Below are positions 10,379-18,844 of a stretch of DNA of 64,000 bases, in pieces. Position 1 is the stretch's first letter, and every line of letters starts with the position of its first letter. Location: assembly GCA_963825055.1 (NCBI GenBank), contig CAWGSK010000009.1:160001-224000 (forward strand), given 5' to 3'. The stretch is from an uncultured Gemmatimonadales bacterium (GTDB lineage Bacteria; Gemmatimonadota; Gemmatimonadetes; Gemmatimonadales; GWC2-71-9). The position numbers were made by a program, and so were the translations under genes. A model generated the notes under the pieces. The model made no database searches. It saw only the letters and a list, made by a program, of their open reading frames with translations, and was not told the DNA's origin.

Positions 10379-11458
10379 TCAGGAACGTAGGCCCATCCAG
10401 AGCAGAGCCAGGATGGCGACGAGGAGCAGGAGGGCCCCACCCGCAAGGGCCCACCGCCCCACCCGGAATGGTGATGCCGCTTCGGGCACCGGCGTGGCCG
10501 ACGCCCGTGGAACGGCCATGGCGCGGGTGGTGGTGGTGTCGCCCGGCAGCCTGAGGGAGTCCCAGAAATCCTCGGCGGACTGAAAGCGGTGCGCGGGATC
10601 GAGCTGCAGCGCCCTCGCCACGGCAGCGTCAACCAGGGAGGGGATCTCGGGAAACAGATCGCGCACCGGGCGTGGCGCTGACGTCATCCGGGCGGCAATG
10701 ATGGCCTGGGGAGATGGTCCCGTGTGCGGGGGGTTCCCGGTGAGCATCTCGTAGGCGACGCAGCCGAGCGAGTAGATGTCGCTCCGGGCATCGATGTCGG
10801 GCTCGCCGGCTGCCTGCTCAGGGCTCATGTAGGCAGGCGTTCCCACCGAATGCCCGGCCCCGGTCAGCTTCTCCCGTCCGGCGGTGGTCACGGCGCGGGC
10901 GACGCCGAAGTCCGCCACCAGGGCATGCCCGGATTCGAGCATGATGTTCCCCGGCTTGATATCGCGGTGCACCACGCCCTTGCCGTGCGCGTAGCAGAGC
11001 GCGTCGGCGACCTCACGGGAAATCTTCAGCGCATGGGAGAGCGGCAGACGGCCCTCACGGTCGAGCCGGTCCCGGAGCGACTCACCCTCCACAAACGGCA
11101 TCGCGTAGAAGATGAAGCCCTCGGCTTCGCCGGAGTCGTACAGGGAAAGCACGTGGGGGTGGTGGAGCCGGGCCGCGATCTCGATCTCGCGCAGAAAGCG
11201 TTCAGCGCCCAGGGTCGCGGCCAGTTCCCGTCGGAGCACCTTGAGCGCGACGGGGCGCTGGTGCTTCAGGTCCGTGGCGCGGTAGACGATGGCAGTGACC
11301 CCCCGGCCAACCTGTTCTTCCACCAGGTAGCGGTCCCGGAGTGCCTCCCGTAGCAGCGGGGTCGGGTCGGTGCGGCTCAGCCGGGCCCTCCCGTCGCGCG
11401 CCAGGGCATGGAACAGGTCCAAAACATGAAATGGGACACGCAAAGAAGCTACAGCCAC
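10379..11458 (-). CDS. Hanks-type Ser/Thr protein kinase with C-terminal TM helix
   Basis: VALK, HRDIKPGN, DFG, GTPAYMSPEQ, SDIYSLG. Start uncertain. Confidence 0.92.
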   Translation of the reverse strand: MAVASLRVPFHVLDLFHALARDGRARLSRTDPTPLLREALRDRYLVEEQVGRGVTAIVYRATDLKHQRPVALKVLRRELAATLGAERFLREIEIAARLHHPHVLSLYDSGEAEGFIFYAMPFVEGESLRDRLDREGRLPLSHALKISREVADALCYAHGKGVVHRDIKPGNIMLESGHALVADFGVARAVTTAGREKLTGAGHSVGTPAYMSPEQAAGEPDIDARSDIYSLGCVAYEMLTGNPPHTGPSPQAIIAARMTSAPRPVRDLFPEIPSLVDAAVARALQLDPAHRFQSAEDFWDSLRLPGDTTTTRAMAVPRASATPVPEAASPFRVGRWALAGGALLLLVAILALLWMGLRS

Positions 11459-11477
11459 GCCCGCCCTACTGCCACTC

Positions 11478-13184
11478 TCAGGCGGAAACGTCGTGGGCTG
11501 CCCCCGCCCCCCGGGGAACCCGGATTTCCTCCACCATCGCCTGCACCTCGGGTGGCGGCGGCGCCGTCGGGGCGCACACCGTGATCGCCACGGCAAAGTT
11601 GATCAGCATCCCGAGCGTCCCGATGCCCTCGGGCGACACGCCGAGCCACCAGTGCGCCGCCGTGTTGAGTTCGGGATGGAGGAACTTGAACCAGCCGATA
11701 TAACCGGCGGTGAACCCGAGGCCCGCGATCATGCCGCTCACTGCACCCTCCGTATTCATGCGGGTGCTGAAGATGCCCATGATGATGGCGGGAAAGAACG
11801 AGGCCGCGGCCAGGCCGAAAGCCAGTGCGACCACCTCCGCGACGAACCCGGGCGGGTGGATACCGAACCAGCCCGCGATCACCACCGCGACGCCGGCCGC
11901 AATGCGTGCCGCCCGAAGCTCGCCGTGCTCCGTGATTCCCGGATGGATGACGCGCTTCATGAGGTCGTGGGCCACGGAGGTCGAGATGACCAGCAGCAGG
12001 CCTGCGGCCGTGGACAGCGCGGCCGCAAGGCCGCCGGCAGCGACGAGTCCGACCACCCAGTTCGGCAGCCGAGCGATCTCGGGGTTGGCCAGGACCATGA
12101 TATCCCGGTCGATCGTCAACTCGTTCAGTGTGCCGGCAGCGGGGCCGGTGTACTGGATGAGGCCGTCACCGTTCCTGTCCTCGAATGTGAGGAGCCCGGT
12201 GGCCTCCCAGTTGGAGAACCACTCGGGCACCTCGGCGTACGGGCGTTCCGAAACGGTGGTGATCAGGTTCGTGCGCGCGAAGGCGGCTACCGCGGGCGCG
12301 GTGGTGTAGAGGAGCGCAATGAAGACCAGCGCCCATCCGGCGGAGCTTCTGGCCTGCCGGACCTTGGGCACGGTGTAGAACCTGACAATCACGTGGGGCA
12401 GACCGGCGGTGCCGACCATGAGCGCCGCCGTGATGAAGAATACGTCCAGGGTTCCCTTCCGTCCGTCCGTGTAGGCACCGAACCCGAGATCGCGCGTCAG
12501 CCCGTCCAGCTTGTCGAGCAGGTGGACGCCGGAACCGTCGGCCAGGGTATGCCCGAAGCCCAGCTGCGGGATGGCGATTCCGGTCATCAGGAGGGAAATG
12601 AAGATCGCCGGGACGAGATAGGCGAAGATCAGCACACAATACTGGGCCACCTGGGTGTAGGTGATTCCCTTCATTCCGCCCAGCACCGCATAGAAGAACA
12701 CGATCGCCATGCCGATGAGCACGCCGTGGGTGATGTCCACGCCGAGGAATCGGGAAAAGACGATACCCACGCCCCGCATCTGGCCGGCCACATACGTGAA
12801 GGAAACGAAGAGCGCGCACACCACCGCCACGATACGGGCCACCTGGGAGTAATATCGGTCGCCCACGAAGTCGGGAACGGTGTACTTCCCGAATTTGCGC
12901 AGGTAGGGGGCGAGAAGGAGCGCCAGGAGGACATAGCCGCCCGTCCAGCCCATCAGGTAGACCGAGCCGTCCCGTCCCATGAAGGCGATGAGCCCTGCCA
13001 TGGAAATGAACGAGGCAGCGCTCATCCAGTCGGCCGCGGTAGCCATTCCGTTGAGCACCGGGTGGACTCGCGCTCCCGCGACATAGAACTCGCCAGTCGA
13101 GCGCGCGCGTGACCACACCGCCACCCCGATATAGAGCGCGAAGGAGAGGGCGACGAGCAGGAAGGTCCAGGCGCCTACGTTCAT
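11478..13184 (-). CDS. actP: Sodium:solute symporter, ActP (cation/acetate) family
   Basis: NGMATAADWMSAASF, GWTGGY, GTAGLPHV; paired with a DUF4212 small subunit. Confidence 0.88.
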   Translation of the reverse strand: MNVGAWTFLLVALSFALYIGVAVWSRARSTGEFYVAGARVHPVLNGMATAADWMSAASFISMAGLIAFMGRDGSVYLMGWTGGYVLLALLLAPYLRKFGKYTVPDFVGDRYYSQVARIVAVVCALFVSFTYVAGQMRGVGIVFSRFLGVDITHGVLIGMAIVFFYAVLGGMKGITYTQVAQYCVLIFAYLVPAIFISLLMTGIAIPQLGFGHTLADGSGVHLLDKLDGLTRDLGFGAYTDGRKGTLDVFFITAALMVGTAGLPHVIVRFYTVPKVRQARSSAGWALVFIALLYTTAPAVAAFARTNLITTVSERPYAEVPEWFSNWEATGLLTFEDRNGDGLIQYTGPAAGTLNELTIDRDIMVLANPEIARLPNWVVGLVAAGGLAAALSTAAGLLLVISTSVAHDLMKRVIHPGITEHGELRAARIAAGVAVVIAGWFGIHPPGFVAEVVALAFGLAAASFFPAIIMGIFSTRMNTEGAVSGMIAGLGFTAGYIGWFKFLHPELNTAAHWWLGVSPEGIGTLGMLINFAVAITVCAPTAPPPPEVQAMVEEIRVPRGAGAAHDVSA

Positions 13185-13450
13185 GGCGTATCCTCCTGTT
13201 CGTCGACCTCAAAGCGCCGGTCGAGCCGGTTCATGAGGTGGACGTATACGAAGATGAGGGCCACGAACACGTAGATGGAGCCCTGTTGCGCAAACCAGAA
13301 GCCGAGCTTGAAGCCGCCCACCCGGATCCGGTTGAGCGGCTCCACCAGCAGGATACCGAATCCATAGGACACGATGAACCAGATGGTGAGCAGAATTCCC
13401 ACGTACATGAGATTCCGGCGCCAGTAGTTCCTGCGGGACACCGTGGCCAT
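13181..13450 (-). CDS. DUF4212 small subunit of the ActP-type symporter
   Basis: YWRRNL...GFKLGFWFAQQGSIYVF...MNRLD; overlaps the actP start. Confidence 0.9.
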   Translation of the reverse strand: MATVSRRNYWRRNLMYVGILLTIWFIVSYGFGILLVEPLNRIRVGGFKLGFWFAQQGSIYVFVALIFVYVHLMNRLDRRFEVDEQEDTP

Positions 13451-13475
13451 GGGCGGATCCCCCGGGAAGCGAACG

Positions 13476-13584
13476 ACAGGTTGGACAGGCGGCAGGCGGT
13501 CAGGTGGTCGGGCGACTCAACGACTCAACGACTCAACGACTCAACGACTCAACGACTCAACGACTCAACGACTCAACGACTCAA
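13476..13584. repeat. Degenerate GCGGTCAG-like arm (13476-13512) followed by octamer (CGACTCAA) x9 (13513-13584)
   Basis: Read directly; lies between divergent genes. Confidence 0.95.
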
Positions 13585-13647
13585 CGACCACGATACAGCT
13601 TCCCCGCCTGCCTGCAACCCCCATCCCCCACTTCCCGTAGGGTCGCC

Positions 13648-14838
13648 ATGCCCACCCGAACCTGGATTGCCGCCGGGCTGGCCCTGCTCAGTGCGGGAAC
13701 AGCCACCCCTCCGCCCGTCGCAACCGTGCTCACCGGTGCCCTGATCATCGATGGTACCGACCGGCCACCACTGTCGGGCCACGCCCTGGTAATCCGGGAC
13801 GCCCGCATCGAAGGAATCGTGCCCGACACGGCTCGCCTGCCCGAAGGAGCCACCGTCATCGATCTCTCCGGCGCCACGCTCCTCCCGGGCATCGTGAACG
13901 CACACACCCATTTCACGAAGGACGCGGCGGAGCGCCGGGATAACCACCTGCTCCACGGCGTGACGGCCGTCTGCAACCTTGGCGCCGGTCTATCCCAGAT
14001 TCCGGAGTTCAGGATCGCGAGGGACTCTGCCGGTGGGATGGCTGCGCGAGGCTTCACCTCGGGGCCTTTCGTGGCAAAGGCCGGCGGCTATGCCGAGGCG
14101 CAGTGGGGAGAGGGAGCCAACTACAACGTATCCGGCCCCATCGAGGCGGCTCGCGCCGTGGACAGCCTTGCGGCCCTCGGGGTCGACTACATCAAGATCT
14201 CCTATGAGCCGGGGCCGGGCTCCTGGCCAGTGCTCTCCCCGGCGGAAGCGCGGTCCGTCACCACGGCCGCCCACCGCCACGGGCTCCGCGTCATCGCCCA
14301 CATCGAGGACGCGCGGTTCCTGGGGCGGGCTGTGGATGAGGGCGTGGACATCGTCACCCACGCCCTGGAGCGCAATGGGTTCACGCCTGGCCCCGCGGGC
14401 CCCGTCATCGTGCCGGAGGTGGCAGACAACATCGACCGCATGGCGGACCGGGGGATGCTGATGATCCCCACTCTCCATGTGCTGAGCGGCGGACACCCCG
14501 ACTCCCCCAGGACCCTTGGCATGCTCGCGATCGTCCGACGGTTTCACGAACGGGGCGGGCGGGTGGCCGCCGGCAACGACTATCCCCTCGGCGTGACACG
14601 GCCCGGCATCCCGCTCGGTGAGCTGCGGCTGCTCCTCGATGCAGGCCTGACCCCGCGGGAGGTGATCTCGGCGGCCACCCGTAATTCGGCGGAGGCGTGC
14701 GGCCACGGGGCGGAGATCGGGACGCTCGAGAAGGGGAAGCTGGCCGACATCCTGGCCGTGAACGGCAACCCGCTCGAGAGTCTCGATGCGCTGACGTCCG
14801 TCCGTCTCGTGATGCTGGGTGGCGAGGTAGTGAAATGA
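13648..14838 (+). CDS. Amidohydrolase-family metalloenzyme, secreted
   Basis: LLPGIVNAHTH, GVDYIK, VIAH, AGND, GTLEKGKLADIL; signal peptide. Confidence 0.87.
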   Translation: MPTRTWIAAGLALLSAGTATPPPVATVLTGALIIDGTDRPPLSGHALVIRDARIEGIVPDTARLPEGATVIDLSGATLLPGIVNAHTHFTKDAAERRDNHLLHGVTAVCNLGAGLSQIPEFRIARDSAGGMAARGFTSGPFVAKAGGYAEAQWGEGANYNVSGPIEAARAVDSLAALGVDYIKISYEPGPGSWPVLSPAEARSVTTAAHRHGLRVIAHIEDARFLGRAVDEGVDIVTHALERNGFTPGPAGPVIVPEVADNIDRMADRGMLMIPTLHVLSGGHPDSPRTLGMLAIVRRFHERGGRVAAGNDYPLGVTRPGIPLGELRLLLDAGLTPREVISAATRNSAEACGHGAEIGTLEKGKLADILAVNGNPLESLDALTSVRLVMLGGEVVK

Positions 14839-14969
14839 CCTCTTTTCCCTCCTTTTTGCGCCTACCTGTATGACGGCCAGTACGGCGGGTCCGGCGGGAA
14901 CTCCGGGCGCCGGGCCTGCCAGCCGTCGCGGCATCCAGGATGGCTCGGAGGTGCAACTGGAGGGATATC

Positions 14970-15485
14970 ATGAGGGCACGTACCTTCCGTCTTCGGGCGT
15001 CGGTGTTCTCTTTCTCGATGGCTCTGGCCCTGACCGGCCCCTGCTTCGGCGGACTGGGGGGATCCGGTGAGGCGGATGATCTCACGCGTCTGAAGCAATC
15101 CACGGCGCCGTTTGCCAACTTTCCCATGGCCCGCGCATCGGGCTACGGAACCGAGATCACCCGCTGCATGGAATCAGAGAATGGCGGCCAGGGGTATCAC
15201 TACGGCAACGCCGACCTTCTCGGTGACGATGGCGCACTGGACCTGCTCCATCCCGAATTGCTGCTGTACGAGCCGCAGGCCGATGGGGCGATGGACCTGG
15301 TCGGGGTCGAGTACGCCGTCCCCGTGGAGGCCTGGACCTCATCCGAGCCCCCGCGGCTCCTGGATCGGGACTTTCATGTGAACGAGGCCTTCGGTGTCTG
15401 GGTACTGCATGTATGGTTCCGGGAGAACCCGGCAGGCACCTTCGCAGACTGGAATCCGGACGTGACCTGCGCCAATGCCACTTGA
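14970..15485 (+). CDS. Conserved hypothetical secreted protein
   Basis: GGAGG RBS, signal peptide, GYHYGN...PELLLYEP...LVGVEY...LHVW..ENPAGTFADWNP.V.C motif. Confidence 0.75.
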   Translation: MRARTFRLRASVFSFSMALALTGPCFGGLGGSGEADDLTRLKQSTAPFANFPMARASGYGTEITRCMESENGGQGYHYGNADLLGDDGALDLLHPELLLYEPQADGAMDLVGVEYAVPVEAWTSSEPPRLLDRDFHVNEAFGVWVLHVWFRENPAGTFADWNPDVTCANAT

Positions 15486-16509
15486 GCCGGCGGCCGACCG
15501 CACCCGGACCACGGGATCGCATCCCGTGGTCCGCCGCGGCCTGCCAGTAGCCGCAGTACCCCAGGGAGCGGTGGCGGGACCGGCGCCGTGGCGGATCGCC
15601 CAGGTGGCGGCGCTCGTCGCCACGCTGCTCCTGCTGGCAGGCCTGGAGCTGCGACCCGCCCTCGCCCTGCGGGTGCTCTGGGCCGGCATCATCCCTCTTC
15701 TCCCCGCGTCGTGGCTGCTCCACCCCGGCCTCTGGCGCAACATCTGCCCCCTCGCGACGCTCAACATGGCTACCGCCGCAGCGGGCCGGGGGCGCCGCCT
15801 TGACGCCACCTCCGTCGGACGGGCCAACGCAGCAGGGATCCTCCTGCTCCTGCTGCTGGTCCCCGCAAGGCGCTTTCTCTTCAACCAGGACGCTGCCGCG
15901 CTCGCCCTGGCGATCTCGGCCTTCGCTCTGCTGGCCCTGGCCGGGGGCCTGCTGTTCGACCGCAAGGCAGGTTTCTGCGATGCGATCTGCCCGATCCTGC
16001 CGGTCGAGCGCCTGTACGGACAGGATCCCCTCACCCACGTCTCCAACCCGCGCTGCCCGACCTGTACCCTGTGTGTCTCGACCGGTTGCATCGATCTCGC
16101 TCGAACGAAGTCCATCCCCCAGATCCTCAGCCAGTCCAGACGGAGCACCGGATGGCTGCTGCGCCCGTTCGGAGCTTTCGCGGCCGCGTTTCCCGGCTTC
16201 GTTCTGGGCTACTACCTCTCGCCCAACGTACCGGGTGCGGAAGCCGCAACGGTCTACTTCACCGTGCTCTCAATGGCTGGACTCAGCTGGTGCATTGTCG
16301 CCATCATCGCGACACTGTCTCGCCTCTCCGCCCGAAAACTGATCCCGATCCTCGGAGTACTCGCGCTGGGCCTCTATTACACTCTCGGCGCCGGCGATAT
16401 CGTCCGCACGTGGAACTGGAGCCCGGCGTCAGCATGGGCCATCCGGATCCCGGCTCTGGCAATGCTGGGTTGGTGGGCGATCGGGAGGTCGGGGAGTCGA
16501 GCAACCTAG
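15475..16509 (+). CDS. Polytopic membrane protein with 4Fe-4S-binding motifs
   Basis: WRNICPL, FCDAICPILPVERLYG, CPTCTLC...C; multiple TM helices. Start uncertain. Confidence 0.75.
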   Translation: MPLEPAADRTRTTGSHPVVRRGLPVAAVPQGAVAGPAPWRIAQVAALVATLLLLAGLELRPALALRVLWAGIIPLLPASWLLHPGLWRNICPLATLNMATAAAGRGRRLDATSVGRANAAGILLLLLLVPARRFLFNQDAAALALAISAFALLALAGGLLFDRKAGFCDAICPILPVERLYGQDPLTHVSNPRCPTCTLCVSTGCIDLARTKSIPQILSQSRRSTGWLLRPFGAFAAAFPGFVLGYYLSPNVPGAEAATVYFTVLSMAGLSWCIVAIIATLSRLSARKLIPILGVLALGLYYTLGAGDIVRTWNWSPASAWAIRIPALAMLGWWAIGRSGSRAT

Positions 16510-16569
16510 AGGTCCAAAGGCCGTGATTCGCCGGTGCCCGACTCCCTCTCCATCACGCAGTTCCCTATC

Positions 16570-16598
16570 TTGCCAATTTAGTACGACTACCGTACTAT
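16570..16598 (+). promoter_or_regulatory. Sigma70-type promoter overlapped by a palindromic operator
   Basis: TTGCCA(16570)-N17-TACTAT(16593); inverted repeat TAGTACG-N5-CGTACTA at 16579-16597. Confidence 0.7.
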
Positions 16599-16660
16599 CT
16601 CAGTAACCAAAGCAGCGACAAACACTTATCACAGAACTCGGCACCAGCCTCGCCCGATGC

Positions 16661-17041
16661 ATGGACATCTGGAACCGCGACCTGGCCCGGGAAATGGCTG
16701 CTCGCGGGCTGGATGATCTCTGGGTCCGTCATCTGGATGTGATACGGCGGATATCACTTGCGGGGAACACGGTAACCGAGCTGGCGGGCATGGCGGGCCT
16801 CTCGAAGCAGACCGTCGGCCCGGTGGTCCGGGAGCTGGAAGGGGCGGGGATTGCCGTCGTGGGCCCTCACCCCGATGATGGCAGGGCGCGATTGATCCGG
16901 CTGGCCGAGGCTGGGATCTCGGGGATGGAACGGGTGAACGACGCCGTGCGGGAGCTGACGGCGCAATACCGTTCGAGAATGGGCGCCGAGGGGCTCGACG
17001 AACTGGAAGAGGGACTGTGGCTGATGCTGGATACGAGGTAG
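16661..17041 (+). CDS. MarR-family transcriptional regulator
   Basis: TVTELAGMAGLSKQTVGPVVRELE..G...PHPDDGRARLIRL. Confidence 0.88.
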   Translation: MDIWNRDLAREMAARGLDDLWVRHLDVIRRISLAGNTVTELAGMAGLSKQTVGPVVRELEGAGIAVVGPHPDDGRARLIRLAEAGISGMERVNDAVRELTAQYRSRMGAEGLDELEEGLWLMLDTR

Positions 17042-17126
17042 AGGTCTAGGGGTCTAGGGGTCTAGGGGTCTAGGGGTCTAGGGGTCTAGGGGTCTAGAGG
17101 TCTAGGGGTCTGGAGGTCTGGAGGTC
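17039..17126. repeat. Tandem octamer (TAGGGGTC and variants) x11, starting at the marR-like stop codon
   Basis: Read directly from the sequence. Confidence 0.97.
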
Positions 17127-17128
17127 CA

Positions 17129-17162
17129 GAGCGAGGAGTCGAGAGACCTCGACTCCTCGCTC
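17129..17162. terminator. Perfect 15-bp hairpin between convergent genes
   Basis: GAGCGAGGAGTCGAG-AGAC-CTCGACTCCTCGCTC; no U-tract. Confidence 0.6.
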
Positions 17163-17168
17163 CACACC

Positions 17169-18197
17169 CTAGAAAACCCGGAACGCGTACTGCCAGCCGG
17201 CGGTGATCATCCAGTCGGTCTCGAGCTGGATGCCGTTCAGGCTCTGGTAGAGCGGTATCCCGGCCTCGATCGCCAGCCGCTGGCCCTTGAGGGAGCCTCT
17301 CCGGACCTCGAAGTTGATCCCCACCAGTGCGTCCAGCCGGTTGCCTCCGCTGTTCGCGGGGTCCGCCGTCGGCACCATGCCGGGGCTCAGGGACGGATCG
17401 GATCCATCGATCTCACCCCATGTCCGACCGGCGAGGCGCACGGAGCCGCTCAGCATGGGGCTGAACTGCCTCGCCCCCCACACTGTCGCACTTCCCACGT
17501 TCCCCAGGGTGTAGCCGTTGTCGTTCTCCCCGGTCCGGATGACCCCGGACGCCTGGGCGCCGGAACTCCACCTGTCATTCTGCCACACCCAGGTGATGCC
17601 CGGCATCAGGTCGAAGGTGCCGGACCCGACCTGCATCGGGTACGGCAGCCGGACCTCCTGGCCACCGCTCGCCGGAGTCACGTCGCTCTCGTCAATGGAC
17701 CCGGTTGGCAGACTTACGCCGGCAGTCACGTGCACCTTCATGCGGTCCCGGTCGAACACCGTGACCATGGCCTGGGCCTTCACATCCCCGAGGCCCGAGG
17801 CCTCAGTCGTGAAGGAACCTCCCATCCCGGTGACATGATCCATGTCCATGCTCACGAATGGCAGCATTCCCATCAGGGTGATCCGATCACCCGGCGCGAA
17901 CATGACACCGACCATGTGCATCTTCATGGGCATCTTCACGGGGGTGACTGGATACCCCTGGAGGACGTCGTCGTTCGACAGCCCCGTGGTCCCCGTCCGC
18001 AGCCCGTCCATGCTCATATACATGTAGCGGTAGGAGAGCATCATTTCGCCCTTCTCGTGCGTGTGGTCGCCCATGACCCCGATCGGGGCGTGTCCGTCAG
18101 GCCGGCCCGAGCTCCAGTGCTGGTCCGCTTTCTGTGCGGCCAGGGGCGCAGCCAGCAGGAGGGCGAGGGCGGCGGACGTCATCAGTTGCAATTGCAT
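17169..18197 (-). CDS. His/Met-rich outer-membrane beta-barrel transporter
   Basis: Signal peptide; RPDGHAPIGVMGDHTH...MLSYRYMYMSM, MPMKMHM, GLGD, LPTG, LPYPMQVGSGTFD; C-terminal Phe. Confidence 0.78.
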   Translation of the reverse strand: MQLQLMTSAALALLLAAPLAAQKADQHWSSGRPDGHAPIGVMGDHTHEKGEMMLSYRYMYMSMDGLRTGTTGLSNDDVLQGYPVTPVKMPMKMHMVGVMFAPGDRITLMGMLPFVSMDMDHVTGMGGSFTTEASGLGDVKAQAMVTVFDRDRMKVHVTAGVSLPTGSIDESDVTPASGGQEVRLPYPMQVGSGTFDLMPGITWVWQNDRWSSGAQASGVIRTGENDNGYTLGNVGSATVWGARQFSPMLSGSVRLAGRTWGEIDGSDPSLSPGMVPTADPANSGGNRLDALVGINFEVRRGSLKGQRLAIEAGIPLYQSLNGIQLETDWMITAGWQYAFRVF

Positions 18198-18283
18198 TGA
18201 TCTCACTCCGGATAGTCGTGGCAGGTGGGCGGGACCCGCCTCACCAGTCTGTTTCACGGCTCGTACTCGTCTTGCGCAGAAGA

Positions 18284-18658
18284 TCACGCGCTGGCGACAT
18301 CGGGAGGTGCGGTGGCAGGAGGCAGCCGGTCGAGCGGAACGGCCCTGGGAGCGTCCCCGACGTACCACCGGGCACGCTGTGGCGAACCAGGGGCCGTGAG
18401 CCGGGTCAGGGGGGCCGGGGACCGGCCGGGCAGAACGCCCGGGGCCTGACAGACGCCGAGGCAGGTACAACAGTCTCGCCGGCCGGGAGACCGGCGGTCG
18501 GTGTGCCCTTCGTGCCCATCATGGCCGCGGGCCTCCGCCCCGCGCATGACCGGGCAGGGATGCGAGATGCGCAGGAGGAAGCCGCCGGTGGCCGGAGAGA
18601 CAAGCACCAGGCCAAGTGCGAGAAACCGGACCCAGAACCCGTTGAGGGCGCTCTTCAT
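18284..18658 (-). CDS. DUF2946-like small protein (TM helix, His-rich linker, CxCxxxC, C-terminal PATAPP)
   Basis: HPCP..HDGHEGH..CCTCLGVC..LPPATAPP, directly upstream of the OMP. Confidence 0.6.
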   Translation of the reverse strand: MKSALNGFWVRFLALGLVLVSPATGGFLLRISHPCPVMRGAEARGHDGHEGHTDRRSPGRRDCCTCLGVCQAPGVLPGRSPAPLTRLTAPGSPQRARWYVGDAPRAVPLDRLPPATAPPDVASA

Positions 18659-18844
18659 GGGACCATATTCACGGGCAGGGCCCTTTGAACCAACCCGTTA
18701 TATCCGGTCGTCATGGGGCCCCCTACGGCCTTGCGTGGCATCGGTTTCCGTGATGTGTCCCGCGGTGTGACCCCTGCCACGGTGCGGGCGGCCGCCATTT
18801 TTGTATGATACGGGTCACCTTTGACCCGACTGAAAGGCGGGCGG

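Noticed and set aside
13504..13647. Repeat-encoded N-terminal extensions (RLNDSTTQ; also GYRVSGI at about 9930-9992, FTVHRSP at about 32500-32583 and the nadE/crcB extensions)
   Set aside because: They are translations of intergenic arrays; better starts with a signal peptide, RBS or -10 box lie downstream.
18730..18760. Sigma54 promoter upstream of the KaiC-like gene (TGGCATCGGTTTCC)
   Set aside because: The -12 element lacks the conserved GC; too weak to call.
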